DNA from: the human T2T-CHM13v2.0 reference genome, Homo sapiens
DNA length: 64,000 bases
Assembly (NCBI RefSeq): GCF_009914755.1
Contig: NC_060939.1
Strand: one strand, 5' to 3'
Below the pieces are notes generated by a model. That model did no database searches. It saw nothing but the letters and a program-made list of their open reading frames with translations, and was not told where the DNA came from. Both the position numbers and the translations under genes were made by a program. Each line of letters opens with the position of its first letter. Within the stretch, counting starts at the first letter, position 1. Below are positions 26,632 to 39,475 of the stretch, one piece after another.

Positions 26632-27575
26632 AGTTTTTTAAAAAGAATTTTTAAAGAGCTGTATTAGGTTCACAGAAAAATTGAGTGAAAGTTACAAAAA
26701 TTTCCCATATACCCCTTGCCCCAACACATGCCCAGCCTCCCCAACTATCAACATCCCTTACCAGAATGGTTCATTTTTTACAACTGATGGACCTACATTG
26801 ACACATTATCACCACCCAGAATCCATAGGTTACATTAGAGTTCACTATTGGTGTTTTACATTCTATGAGTCTGGACAAATGTATAATGTCATGTATCCAC
26901 CATTGTAGTTTCATATAGGCTGCTTTCACTGCCTTAAAAATTATCTGTGTTAAATATCATAGCTATTTATTATTATTTATTATAATAAATAAATACCTAT
27001 TTATTTCTCCTTTTATCCCTCAACCTCTGGCAACCACTCATCTTTTTACTGTCTCCATAGTTTTGCCTTTTAAATAATGTTCTGTTATTAAAATCATACA
27101 GTTTGTAGGCTTTTCAGATTGGCTTCCTTCACTTAGCGATGTGCATTTAATTTTCCACCATGTCTTTTCATGGCTTGACAGCTCTTTGATGTTTTTAGCA
27201 CTGAATAATATTCCATTGTCTGTACGTACCACAGTATTTCCCCATTCACCTACTGAAGGACTTCTTAGTTGCTTCTAGTTTTTGGCAATGATAAATAAAG
27301 GTGCTATAAACATCTGTGTACATGTTGAACGAACATAAGTTTTCAACTCCTTTGGGTAAATACTAAAAATTGTGATTGTTAGATCATATGGTTAAGAGTA
27401 TGTTTAGTTTTGTAAGAAACCACCAAACTGTCCTCCAAGGTGGCTGTGCCATTTTGCATTCCCATCAGCAATGAAGGAGAGTTCTTGTAGCTCTACATCC
27501 TTGCCAGCATTTGGTGTTGTCAGTGTTCTGGGTTTTGGCCATTCTGATAAGTGTGTAGTGGTATTTTGTTGTTTT
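26632..27575 (-). mobile_element. L1MC-like 3' fragment
   Basis: 'taggttcacagaaaaattgag', 'gacctacattgacacattatc', 'gcattcccatcagcaatga', 'ccttgccagcatttggtgttgtcag'. Confidence 0.9.
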
Positions 27576-27947
27576 TAAAATTGGCTCTTAGTGAGATATT
27601 AAAAATAAATTTCTGTATTTGTTTAAAAGAGTTATTCACTTTGGTGATTAAGTAAGCTAGAATTAATATAGTTGAGAACTATAATAAAAGAATTTATTGA
27701 TCTTTACTTATGTTATTAACTCCTTTCATAATCCGAGTTGTGAACTTCTGATTTACGTCAATTTTTAGTTTTCTTTTTCTTCTTAGGTTCCTTCAATGGC
27801 TTCCACCTAAGTGTCAATAAAAAAGAAGAAAATGTGCTATTCCAAAATATTTAAAAGCATAAACATATGCTTGTCTTATGATAAATAAAATGAACACTGT
27901 TCCCATCCTCATTCAAGAGGGAGTTGGTTTGAAAGGGAGAAATGTAC

Positions 27948-28310
27948 TGATACGGTTTGGCTGTGTCCTGACACAAATCTCATCTTGAATTGTAGCTTCC
28001 ATAATTCCCTCGTGTTGTGGGAGGGACCCAGTGGGAGATGATTGAATCATGGGGGGTGGATTTCCCCATACTGTTCTCATGGTGGTGAATAAGTCTCACA
28101 AGATCTGATGGTTTTATAAGGGGAAACCCCTTTCCCTTGGCTCTCACTCTTCTCTTGTCTGCCACCATGTGAAATGTGCCTTTCACATTCCGCCATGATT
28201 GTGAGGCCTCCCCAGCCACATGGAACTGTCAGTCCATTAAGACTCTTTCCTTTGTAAATTGCCTAGTCTAGGGTATGTCTTTATCAGCAGTGTGAAAATG
28301 GACTAATACA
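27948..28310 (+). mobile_element. THE1 (THE1B/C-like) MaLR solo LTR, complete
   Basis: TG...CA termini 'tgatacggtttggctgtgtc' / 'gaaaatggactaataca'; perfect 5-bp TSD tgtac (27943-27947 / 28311-28315). Confidence 0.97.
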
Positions 28311-28439
28311 TGTACCTTGTTTCTCTCTGTGTCATTTATTTTAGGAAGGGAGGAAAACATTACCCTCTGAGTTATATATCAAAAGAGGAAACTTAACAGT
28401 GTCATCCCCCTTCAATACTAACGCACACCAAACACAGAC

Positions 28440-28440
<1 letters not shown>

Positions 28441-28490
<50 letters not shown>
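28441..28490. repeat. (TC)n(AC)n compound microsatellite
   Basis: Direct reading. Confidence 0.95.
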
Positions 28491-28491
<1 letters not shown>

Positions 28492-28499
28492 ACCCTTTG

Positions 28500-28680
28500 G
28501 CATCAGTGGACTAAGGAGATTTGGGTAACAATCTCAGTTATACCACTTGCTATATATTAACATTTAGTAATAAGTTGCAGCCTTCTGGGTTCGTTTTCTC
28601 ATTGTTACAACTGGGAATAAGCCATCTGCCTCACCAGGTTGTTGTGTGGATTATGTGAAATAATGCACTGGAAACATCTA
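28500..28680 (+). mobile_element. MIR
   Basis: 'taagttgcagccttctgggttcgttttctcattgttacaactgggaataa...ggttgttgtgtggattatgtgaaataatgc'. Confidence 0.75.
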
Positions 28681-28864
28681 CAGTGGGTCTGAACTCTGGT
28701 TGTGCAACCACAAACACTTGTAGAGCTTCAAAATAACAACAACAAGAGCTGATCTGGCTCCCTACAGACTTACTGAATCTCATCATTGTGGGTGGGCTGA
28801 AGGCTCAATATTTGACTAAGCTCTGCAGGCGGTTCTGATGCTCAGCCAGAGTGGAGAGTCCTTG
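28681..28864. mobile_element. MER5-like hAT-Charlie MITE
   Basis: 'cagtgggtctgaac', 'cagacttactgaatc', 'caggcggttctgatgctcagccagagtggagagtccttg'. Confidence 0.75.
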
Positions 28865-30716
28865 GTCTGTAGCACAATGCCTCTCCATCAGGTTTTATCC
28901 TTTTTCACTCTCCCTGCAGGGCTCCTCTGACAGGTGCATCTCTTGCCTAGGAGAAAAATATAAAACCAATGCATTCACATAAAAACAATGGGGCACCTGA
29001 GATGTTCCACTTTCCTGGAAGGAAAGGAAGGAACCCTATTCTGCTTTTGGGCTCCATGGTTCAGGTAACGTAGACACAAGTCCTGACCTACAGACTCATG
29101 CTGCACTTGATGGAGCTCTGAGAGCAGCCTGTTTTCCTCCTGGCTTCTAAGTAGAGTGTTGCTGCCAATCAAACCAAAACATCTGATTTTCTTGATGGTT
29201 TTCAGAAAAAGAGATCCCAAAGCTTCCCTCTATAAACCAACCAATTCTTGGTTTTCCAGCACTTTCCCCTGTGCCAGACTGAGAAACACTTGTCTAAGTT
29301 TCTCTGGCTTTTCAAACAGCGAGTCATCCAACCCCCAGTAACTGATAAACTCAAGGGCTTCTTTCATGATCTAAATTCCTTTTTTCTCCCTTCCCCTCTG
29401 TCCTTTCTTTTCAGTCACCTCTGATGCAGCCTCTATCAATCAGCTTGTTGGGTTGGCTCTAGCTCTTTTAAGCAGCTCTTAACAAAGCATGGAGGGAAAC
29501 ATCATGACCACAAAAAGTGATGTCATATACGGACACACTGACTTTTTTGTTTTTGTTTTTTTTGGTAACTATAGGGAATGAGGACTTATTTCAAAATTAG
29601 AAATGAAGCAAGAGTTCTGTGATTCTTGGCCTCAGTGCCATAAAAGGGTAAAGAATGGCTTTTCCAGCAGAGAACTATGTTATCATGAAGGTGAGAGAAG
29701 ATTAAAAGAAAAATCAACACTACAGTCCTGCCACTCAAGTGTTTGTTGCTGAGGGCATCAAAGATTCCTGCTGCCAATACTATTTAAGCATTCTCCACAG
29801 CTTTGCTCATTCCTCCTCAGAAGCAGACCTTCTCCTCTGCCACTGCTGCCTTTGATACAGGCTTGATTCCTGTCCTTTGCCTGTTGGGGGAGTGAGGAAA
29901 AGGGAGGACACCTGTATCTTCCCCAGCAGTGTTCAGAGCACCCCTCACAGAGACCCGACCCCTGGCCTTCTCCCTCTGAAGGAAGGATATAGGGCTTACT
30001 TCTGAACACATTTCTGGAAAGGCACATGCAGGGATGTAGATCATCAAACCAGATGGGGACAGGGGAAGAGGATGTGACTTAAGCTGTCCCAGTGGCCTGG
30101 ATCACAGTGCCTACTGAAGGAACCTGGCCCCAGGAAACAGCTGGGTGAGTGACAATACAGGGGCACCAGGCAGAATGCCCAGTCTGCCCGCGTGGGCTGT
30201 GCTAACCCCTGAGACAGACATGGGCTTTCAGAACTGTGAAATACTCCGCCTTTGCCTTCTCAGATGAGACTTACTTCTTTTGTAAAGAGTCAGTTCCCTT
30301 TAATATCGGACGGTTCCCAACAACCTCATGACTTCAGCATCATCTCAATTTTACTTAAAATAGATCTAGGCAGGTTTTATTCCTTGCCCAAGTATCCAGA
30401 ACTAGTAAACAGGGTGAGGGTAGCGTTGAAAGCCAACTCTGTCAGACCCCCAAATCAATGTACCTTTCCTTAAAACAAAGTGGAACAGATGTTTTCAATA
30501 AAAATCTAAAACTATTAATGTGACTCACCCGTATCTTTAGCCCACATCAGCCTAGAGCTATAATACACAATACAATATATACATTATTACTCTGGCTAAA
30601 CCTTGACCCAGGATCCATTCAAAGTGCCCCTTCTCCTCTTCCTCTAATTATTTCTAGGCATCCTCAGGAAGTATTTTACTTGCAATCACAAACATCATCT
30701 TCTTGGTTCCTATTAG

Positions 30717-31033
<317 letters not shown>

Positions 31034-31679
31034 TACATTTTCCATTCTTACACTGGAGTGGTAACGTCTTTTTCCCAGGCCTTTGGATAACACCTGCCCA
31101 TTGTGAGGGCGCCACAAATCCATACTGTCCTGGTGCATCCATACCACCATCACTTGATGGAGACAAAATCTTCTTCAGTCCAAACAAGGATAATCCCACT
31201 AGATGTCCATGCTGTTGGGCCTTCTCAGGAGGCCAGAGAGCTTGGAGAGGCATCTAATAATTACTAGACAGCGTCTAGTAATCTTCTGCTGATACTGTAT
31301 GCTGCAAGACAAGCTAGAAAATGACCTATGCTTCCAATAATTGAGGGTGTAAGCAAATATCTCTTTTGGATTATTTTTGCTCCCTTCTTTCTTCTAGCTA
31401 TCTCTTCCTGGGACTCAGACCCTAGATCATAGATTTAGGGCCAAAGATATATATATATATAAAATATATTTTAAAAGATAACATTTTTTAGAAAACTATG
31501 CTTTACAATATTGTCCTAATAAACTAATTTGGGTAGATACTTTAATGGCGTATACCAGGAGACTGCCATAATAATTACAGAAGTTTATGTTTTCCATACT
31601 ATTACTAGTGTCCTGTGTTTAACTTATATGCATGCGAAGTCAATCTGGTATGTTCAAAAGAAAACACAACCACAGGCTC

Positions 31680-31902
31680 AGTGAGATGTAGTGGCATATC
31701 CGGGAACTAGCAGTCTAGTTCCAGTCTAGGAAATCTGTGTTCTAGGCCTACTTTTGTTACCCACAAGCTAATCGGCATTGGATAGGCCATGGAAGCTCTT
31801 TGGTCCTCAGTTTGCTTACCTGTAAAATAGCAGTAATAAGTGTCTACCCTATCTTTCAGGGTTTTATATGGATCAAATGAGAAAAAAGATGTTAAAAATG
31901 TT
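31680..31902 (+). mobile_element. MIR
   Basis: 'cctcagtttgcttacctgtaaaatagcagtaataa...ggatcaaatgaga'. Confidence 0.8.
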
Positions 31903-31948
31903 GAACACAAGATTAGGGATATGTCAGATGGGGAACTTTCTGGATCTA

Positions 31949-32322
<374 letters not shown>

Positions 32323-32334
32323 TTAAGAAGAGCC

Positions 32335-32638
<304 letters not shown>

Positions 32639-33439
32639 GCCAAAGCTTGAATATGTGAATGCTAGAAGTGACCACAAACCTAATAAGTGACAGGTTAAAC
32701 TGCAGGGAACAGAATGCAATTTGCTTTCCCTTTAGCCAAAAATTAGGATGTTTGATTCAAACTTCTTGGAATATGGATAATATCAACCTCCCCCTTTCCA
32801 AATAATGTGTGACTTATTTTCGTCAATGATTTTCTAATTCTGTGTGTCTTTGTTTTGGCCTGATTTTTAGACTACGTTCTCCTTTTAAAATAATTATCTG
32901 GAATGTATTTTTCTGTTTTAAAATGTAAATGAACTCATAATTCTTTCCTTTTAAAAAGAATTTTGAGATGATTCCTTAAGATAATTGAAGGTGCCCTGGC
33001 ATGACACAACCCTAGGCCTGGAAATGAGTGTGTAAAGCAATGTCTCTGACAATCAACAAGCATCAGTCATGTCTCAAATGAGGACAGACGAAGGGAGAAT
33101 CAAGTGGAACATAACCATGGAGGCCGGTGTTTAATCCTGTCCGGATCAGTGTGACCATTGGTTTCCACAGGCTGGGCCTGCTGACCCACTGCACTTCTAC
33201 AGGAACAAATAAAAGGTCCAGCACCACTGCCTTTTAGTGAGAATTTTTTAATGGCTTCTGGGTCTTGAAGGGTTGGAGCAGGATGCCGTGGAAGCCATAT
33301 TATTCTCTGCTGGCAGGAGAGGCACCCTCTACACAGGACTGTGGCTTAATATGTTATTGTTCAAATTCAGTGTTACTTATTTTCTTTAGTAGCTGCTGAA
33401 GTAGCCCTGATACTTCGACACAATTCCCTTGCTTTACCC

Positions 33440-33860
33440 ACCACACCAGGCAGTGTGGGATTCAAATCCTGGCTGAGTGACTTTAGACAAATCCCAAAAT
33501 CACTGAGTTTCATTTTCTCATCTATAAGAAAGGGTTCATGTGAACCACCTTGCCGTTGTGAATTTAAATGAGATAATCTAAGCAAAGTGTCTTGTCTAGT
33601 GCTTGGTTAAGGATAGCCATTTGATGAATGGGAATGACTCTTAGGGGAAGAGCAAGGGTCTAAGAGGCAGGATGTGTGGGGTCTATGTCTAGTTCAACCT
33701 CTAAAGAGCTTTGTGAGTTTAGCCAAGTCACTTAGCTGCTCTGGGTTTCAATGTACTCGTCTATCAAATTGTCAACTGGTATTTGATGGTTTTCCTATCT
33801 TGGTTGAGATGATGAGGTTGCCTTGTAAATATTAAGAGCTTAATATATATTTGTCAAAGG
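33440..33860 (+). mobile_element. Two adjacent MIR copies
   Basis: 'gggattcaaatcctggc...ttttctcatctataag' and 'agccaagtcacttagctgctctgggtttcaatgtactcgtctatcaaat'. Confidence 0.75.
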
Positions 33861-36663
33861 GTCAAATAGGTGGAGGAAGTATTTTGAAAAGTTAAAACAA
33901 CTATTCAAATACATATTTCAACACATTTTAAAATAATCAATATGCCTACATCATCAAAAATGTCTAAATTCTAAGGCAATCAAAGAAACACCTGAATTGT
34001 ACAGATTTTTTTATTTGGAAAATGGTTTCTATTCTAATTATCATGGCATATTAAAAATTATAGGTTTATTGGACAAAACCACACAAAAACTTCATGGAGT
34101 TTGTGGATAGCCTTTAGTACATTCCGTTAAGGACACTAAGCTGAATGCCAAGAAGGCTTTTTTTTTTTTTCTCTTAGATCTTTCCTTCTTCCCCTTCCTC
34201 CACTCTGAAACAATCATCAATTATCCTTATCCACCGGCACCATCTCATCTAAGTTCATTTTCAAGATGAAGTTTCCTCGTTGGATGGTGGCTGTCCAATC
34301 CTCCTTCTGTCCATCACTGACTGCCTCAGAGCTGTCCCCAGATTGACAGTTTGAGAGCGAATCAATAATAATTATCTGGCTGCAGCCATGGCGAGCTGTG
34401 TAATTCTGCCACGGGACAGCATTGTGTAAACAGAGCTGCATCGCCAGCTGCAGGTTAAAATATGCAGGCTGAGTTTGTCCATTTAGGTGTGCTGATCATG
34501 TGATTACCAGGAGGTAGTGCTTCCTCCCCCACTGCATTAAAACCCTTTCAACTGATACACTCACCTTCGGGACCCTGGCTGCTGGCTAGCGTGGTACTAT
34601 GTAAAATGCTGTCTTGGGGGGCCTTAGAACATAAATCAGTGATTTAAAAGCACAGCCCTGGCAGAGGAGACACACTGCTTCAGTTCTTTATGTGGACTTT
34701 GGGAAGAACCACTGATGGGGAATGTGTAAGCATGGATAGAAGAATGGAATCTTAAATATTTGGGGTCTGTATTTATTACACCTTGCCCTAGGCAAAGAAG
34801 AAAATTGCTTTCTAAAATTATTTGTATCTTAGTTTAAAGATCAGAATTAGTTCAATATTAGTATTAGAGGTACAAGTTCATCCTTTTCCACTTGAACAAG
34901 AAAATGTTGGCTTTATTGAGATACATATCACTTTATTCTTTTTAAAGCAACTTTAGCATACTTAGGTAGATGTTGCTGGTTGCTGGTGTGGTTACTTTTA
35001 TGAATAAGCAACATCAGTTCCTTGGTCATATTTATGGCATTTGGATATCGAAGGCAGTGGGATTTCCTTGGTGTTATTTTCTGGGAATCTATATCTATTA
35101 AGAAATTAGAAGAGAGGAAGGTCTTGGAAAGAACAGCAATTTTTTTAAGAACCCAGTGAGAGCTGGGCATGTAACCAAAATCTTCCTTTCTTTTCCCTTT
35201 TTTCCAGTCAGGCAACCAATCAACCAGATAGTAAACCAAACCATCTGCCTTTTTAAGCTAACTTCTACCTGTAGGACACACATATGGACCAAATCAGAAT
35301 CTTGTCCTTGGGGAATTCATACACCAGCAAGAGAGATAAGATATGAGAATACTAATTATAGCCCTGAAACCCAGGGGGAAAGTACTAATTGCCAAACAAA
35401 ATACAGAGAAAGAGGCAAAGGGATTCAGAGACTGGGCAGCAGATTTCCAGCTAGGCGATCATATGTGTAGCCAAACCATCCTGGTATCAAAGCATATATC
35501 TGTTATTTTGCAATGAATTAATTAACTGTTAAGAAACCAGGGAGCCAATTAAAAGATTTAGGAAAAATAAAAGAGCGATGAGTTAAAAAAACAAACAAAC
35601 AGACATAAAAGTACAAGCATTGGGCATAGTGGAAATTATTCTAAATGACCTTTAAAAAGTTTATAAAGATAGAAACACATAATAAAATCTGGGTTTTGGA
35701 AGGCAATTAAAAAAAGATATGGTTCCATATAGAAAAATATTCCTTGAGATTTAAAGGTTCTCTGCTGTTGAGTTACAGGACAGACTTATAATTCTATTCT
35801 AATTTGTGAAAATAAGACTTTTAATCTATACCTTCTCCATTAAGAATTTTAGATTTCTTGAATTCACAGTGCAGTCTTCCTCTGAACACTTGTAGGCTCT
35901 ACTGGTTGCATTGTTCATTTGACCACCAGCACTAACTGCCTTGTATATAACTAGAGGATTCTTTCTGGTGAACAAGATGCATTGTTTACAACTGCCAGAT
36001 AAGTGTGAAAATGGAGGTGCCCACCATAACCATAGTCATAAGGAATATTACCATATTCCTTGAATTCAGCTTGGTAATATACTTCCTAAAAAATTGAGAA
36101 AGCCTTTAACTGAGGCTGCTTTCTGGTATCCATAGTTTCTTGGCCAACTATTGGAAAGTTTCATGCAAAATAACTTGTATGCTGGTAAAACAAACAAACA
36201 AACAAAACAAAACAAAAAACAAATGAACAAAAAAACCCACAAAGTCAGTTGTGGCTACCATGGCAGTAATAGTAATAATTAGATTATCTGTAGCTCTTTC
36301 TGCTTCCCCTCACCCTCAACCCCACTTCTCCTGGCCAAGGGGGAAAAGGGGCAAGTGGCCTGCAGGTGGGAGGAGGGTTGAGGGCTGGAGCTCTAAGGAG
36401 TAGATTACTCTGAGCTCTAAGAAAGAGACAGCCAGTGCTGTCTATTCAATCAATTGTGAAGAGAAGAATGGAATACAGAAAATAGTTAATTAGAAAGGTT
36501 GGGACAGGGACTCAGTAGGACATAGAAGGAGCAGGTGTCGCCTGTAAGAACTGTTGGGGCAGGCAGCTGGCTCAGGAAGAGGAGTTGGCTTGGGGGTGGT
36601 CATAGCAAATAACACAGAAACAGAACCAACATTGGTACTTAATACAAAACAATGACCTGATCC

Positions 36664-36840
36664 CTGGGCCAGCCTCATGTGTACACGACTCATGCAATCC
36701 AACAGGGCCCTGCACTTAGAAGGGCCCCTTGCTTGGTTTAAGGAGCTGTTGTTCCATCTTGAAATTTGTATTAATTTTTCAAGAAGATGCCCCAAAGTTT
36801 CATTTTGTGCTGTACTCTCAAAATTATATAGCCAATCCTA
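36664..36840 (+). mobile_element. MER91A-like hAT-Tip100 MITE
   Basis: 'cagggccctgcacttagaagggcccc', 'tttcattttgtgctg...aaattatatagcc'; degenerate 8-bp TSD cctgatcc / cctgatat. Confidence 0.85.
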
Positions 36841-37105
36841 CCTGATATGGTCTGCATTTGGTATTGCACAAATATGTTTCAGATGGGCAGTGACAAGGGG
36901 TATTTGTGATGTTTCAGGAGGGAAAACTGGCTATCTAGGTCAATGATATTTAAAGCCAGTGTCCTCTGGGCCTTGTCTTTCCCATAGAATTGACTACTTT
37001 TAAGAATAGGGCCTGCTCCTGAATCATCTCTGTAATTTCCAAAGTATACATCCTGATGCTTGATGCAGAGTTCAATGAATATGTTGATTAGTTGATCAAA
37101 GAACC

Positions 37106-37293
37106 AAATGGAAACTGGTTTATTAATATTATTATCACCATCAGAATTATAAAGCATTGTTTTTCTTTATGTGGTTTTGTGAATATACACTAAGCTTAAA
37201 AATGGAAATTGGTTTATTAATATTACTATCACCATCGGAATTATAAAGCATTGTTATTCTTTATGTGGTTTTGCGAATATATAGTAAGCTCAA
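37106..37293. repeat. 94-bp tandem duplication (2 copies)
   Basis: 37106-37199 versus 37200-37293, 8 mismatches by eye. Confidence 0.95.
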
Positions 37294-37499
37294 AAAGAAT
37301 GTGCTTGCTTTGAATATTTTGCACAGGAGAAAGAAATGAATGCAAGAAAAGCACAGGGAAAACCACATTAAAAAGTGGCAATGTGGTGAAATGATTTTTT
37401 CCTGTCTACTCTCAAGAGTTTACACAATATGTTCCATATTCTGTTCTTGAGAGGAAGGGAATGGACTCTTGGGGCCAACAGACAGACCTTGGGTAGCTT

Positions 37500-37752
37500 A
37501 TTTCGTGGTTAAAAATCTTCACCTTGTTGTCTGATATCATGGCTTTGAAACCTGGCTCTCCCACTTACTCGCTGTATAAACGGGTATGTTGTTTACCTCT
37601 CTGTGCCTCTGTCACTCCATCTGTAAATTGGGAATTATCATTGTGACTACTTCACAGAGTTGTCATACAGATTAATAAGATGATGTATGTTTTTACACTC
37701 AATATGGTACCCAAGATGCAGAAAGTATTCAATAAATATTCATCATAATGAT
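37500..37752 (+). mobile_element. MIR
   Basis: 'gaaacctggctctcccacttactcgctgta...ctctctgtgcctctgtcactccatctgtaaattggg'. Confidence 0.85.
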
Positions 37753-37762
37753 GATGATTCTC

Positions 37763-37764
37763 AA

Positions 37765-37803
<39 letters not shown>
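37763..37803. repeat. (AAAT)n microsatellite
   Basis: ~10 units. Confidence 0.95.
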
Positions 37804-38651
37804 GAGGAGCAACAAGTACCTTAGCCACTGAGGTGTTCCTGACGTAGATAGAGAGGAGAGGGTGGAGATGCCTGGTGTTGGGAGAGGCAGACCTGTGCAC
37901 ACAATCTTTCGAATCTTGTTTGGCTACATAAGAATGGGCCATGGTTCTGGACAACTTCCTTACCAAGAGGTAAAGGTCATACAGCCTGTGCTGAACTTAT
38001 CACCCTGTATGAAAATATCTTTCTGTTTTAGACTCAGTGGCCTTCAGGCATGCATCCAGATTTCTGTATTTGTATTTCAGACTCCACAGGGGAGGGGTTG
38101 GGACCCTTCTACTGTAGCATACAGTGAGGTGCATGCAGCCATGCTGCCTGAGACAGCTGCAGAGTGGCTCTGCTGGCCACAGGGAACTGATGCATTGCAA
38201 GGGGCTGGATCTTCTACACACTCTCCTCTTGCTGTAAGTAAATGAGATATGATTTGAGCCTGGTGATCATGTTGTCTGTTCTCAGTGACTTCCAGTCATG
38301 CACTGGTCTGTTCCCCAGGATGGCATTAACTGCCTTTTTAGCTTGGCCACACTGCCTGGCCACCCAGTGAACAGCAAAACACTTGAATAACTTCAAGGCA
38401 CAATTCAGGGTCCGTGGGTATTTTCCTCAAACGTCCTCTAGGGCTTGCCCCATGTTCTTTGAAGGATGACATCATAAAACTGAGAAGAACAATTTTCCCT
38501 TTTGGAGGCCAGAAGATGAAGCAGGGCTTTGACAACCCTGTAGCAGCAGCGATGGCAGCGTTGTCAGGAACCATGATGACGGCGGCTGAATTAGTGGTGG
38601 CAACAGAGAGATGTACTTGTTTCAGCAGCAATGGCATGTACAATATGACCA

Positions 38652-39475
38652 GCCAGGTGACCTTGGGGAACTTTATGCCAATTCATTGTGCATAATTTTC
38701 CTCATCTATAAAATGGAAATAATAAAAGTGCCTACTTAAAAAGTGTTCGAAGCATTAACTGAGTTGAGATGATTAAGTGAGATAATATATATCAAGCAGT
38801 GAGCCTAGTGCATTGGGCTCAATGAACAGCAGCCATTATTTGCATTTGCATTTCTGTAAACAGAAGCAAGAACAGTGGTGTGGGGAGCAGTGGAGAATGA
38901 CAATGGCAGCGTTAACCTCAAAACGTTGGCTCTGCTTAGAGTCTTAGCACTGAAGTTGAAGTTCTGGCCCAAGGTTTTTCTGCAGCCTCGTTCTGTCTCT
39001 GATTTGACAATGCCTTCTGCAGTTGAAGTGACCATTTTATTTTGAGGTTTGATAAATAAAACAAATGTGAAGCATAGCTCATTCCTCTGCTCCGAAGAGG
39101 AGCAAGAGTCAGAACTGAGAGCAAATCTTGGATCAATTGCTGTGTGACTAAGAAATTTACTGACCTCTCCAAACTCATATTTTTTTCAATATGCAAAGTG
39201 GAGATCAATGGCACCTACATTATAGTGTGGTCATAACGATTAAAGGAGAGAATGTAACGCAAAGGCCCTTCCTGTGTTCCAACTAATATAAACATTTTCC
39301 TATATTTCATGTTAATTACTATTTTGAAGACAATTGGGCAGCTATTGTTTCCCTCATTTTATAAATGAGGAACTACGTCTAGAGGCATTAATTTTCTCAG
39401 AGTCAACCGCTAATGAAGGACATAGCTAGGACTTGAAACCCCTTTTTTCCCGAAACTAAACCCTACCCGCTTTTC
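38652..39475. mobile_element. Cluster of three MIR fragments (38652-38830 +, 39095-39270 +, 39340-39475 -)
   Basis: 'ttttcctcatctataaaatgg'; 'gctgtgtgactaagaaatttactgacctctcc'; 'cattttataaatgaggaact'. Confidence 0.75.

Noticed and set aside
26973-26992. Perfect 20-bp palindrome ttatttattataataaataa
   Set aside because: Pure AT low complexity inside an L1; expected by slippage.
27760-27890. Acceptor at 27786 followed by AATAAA as a terminal exon
   Set aside because: Competing AG just upstream and an AT-rich context make both signals likely by chance; no other support.
37106-37293. Direct repeats as a CRISPR-like array
   Set aside because: Two adjacent copies without spacers, in primate DNA.
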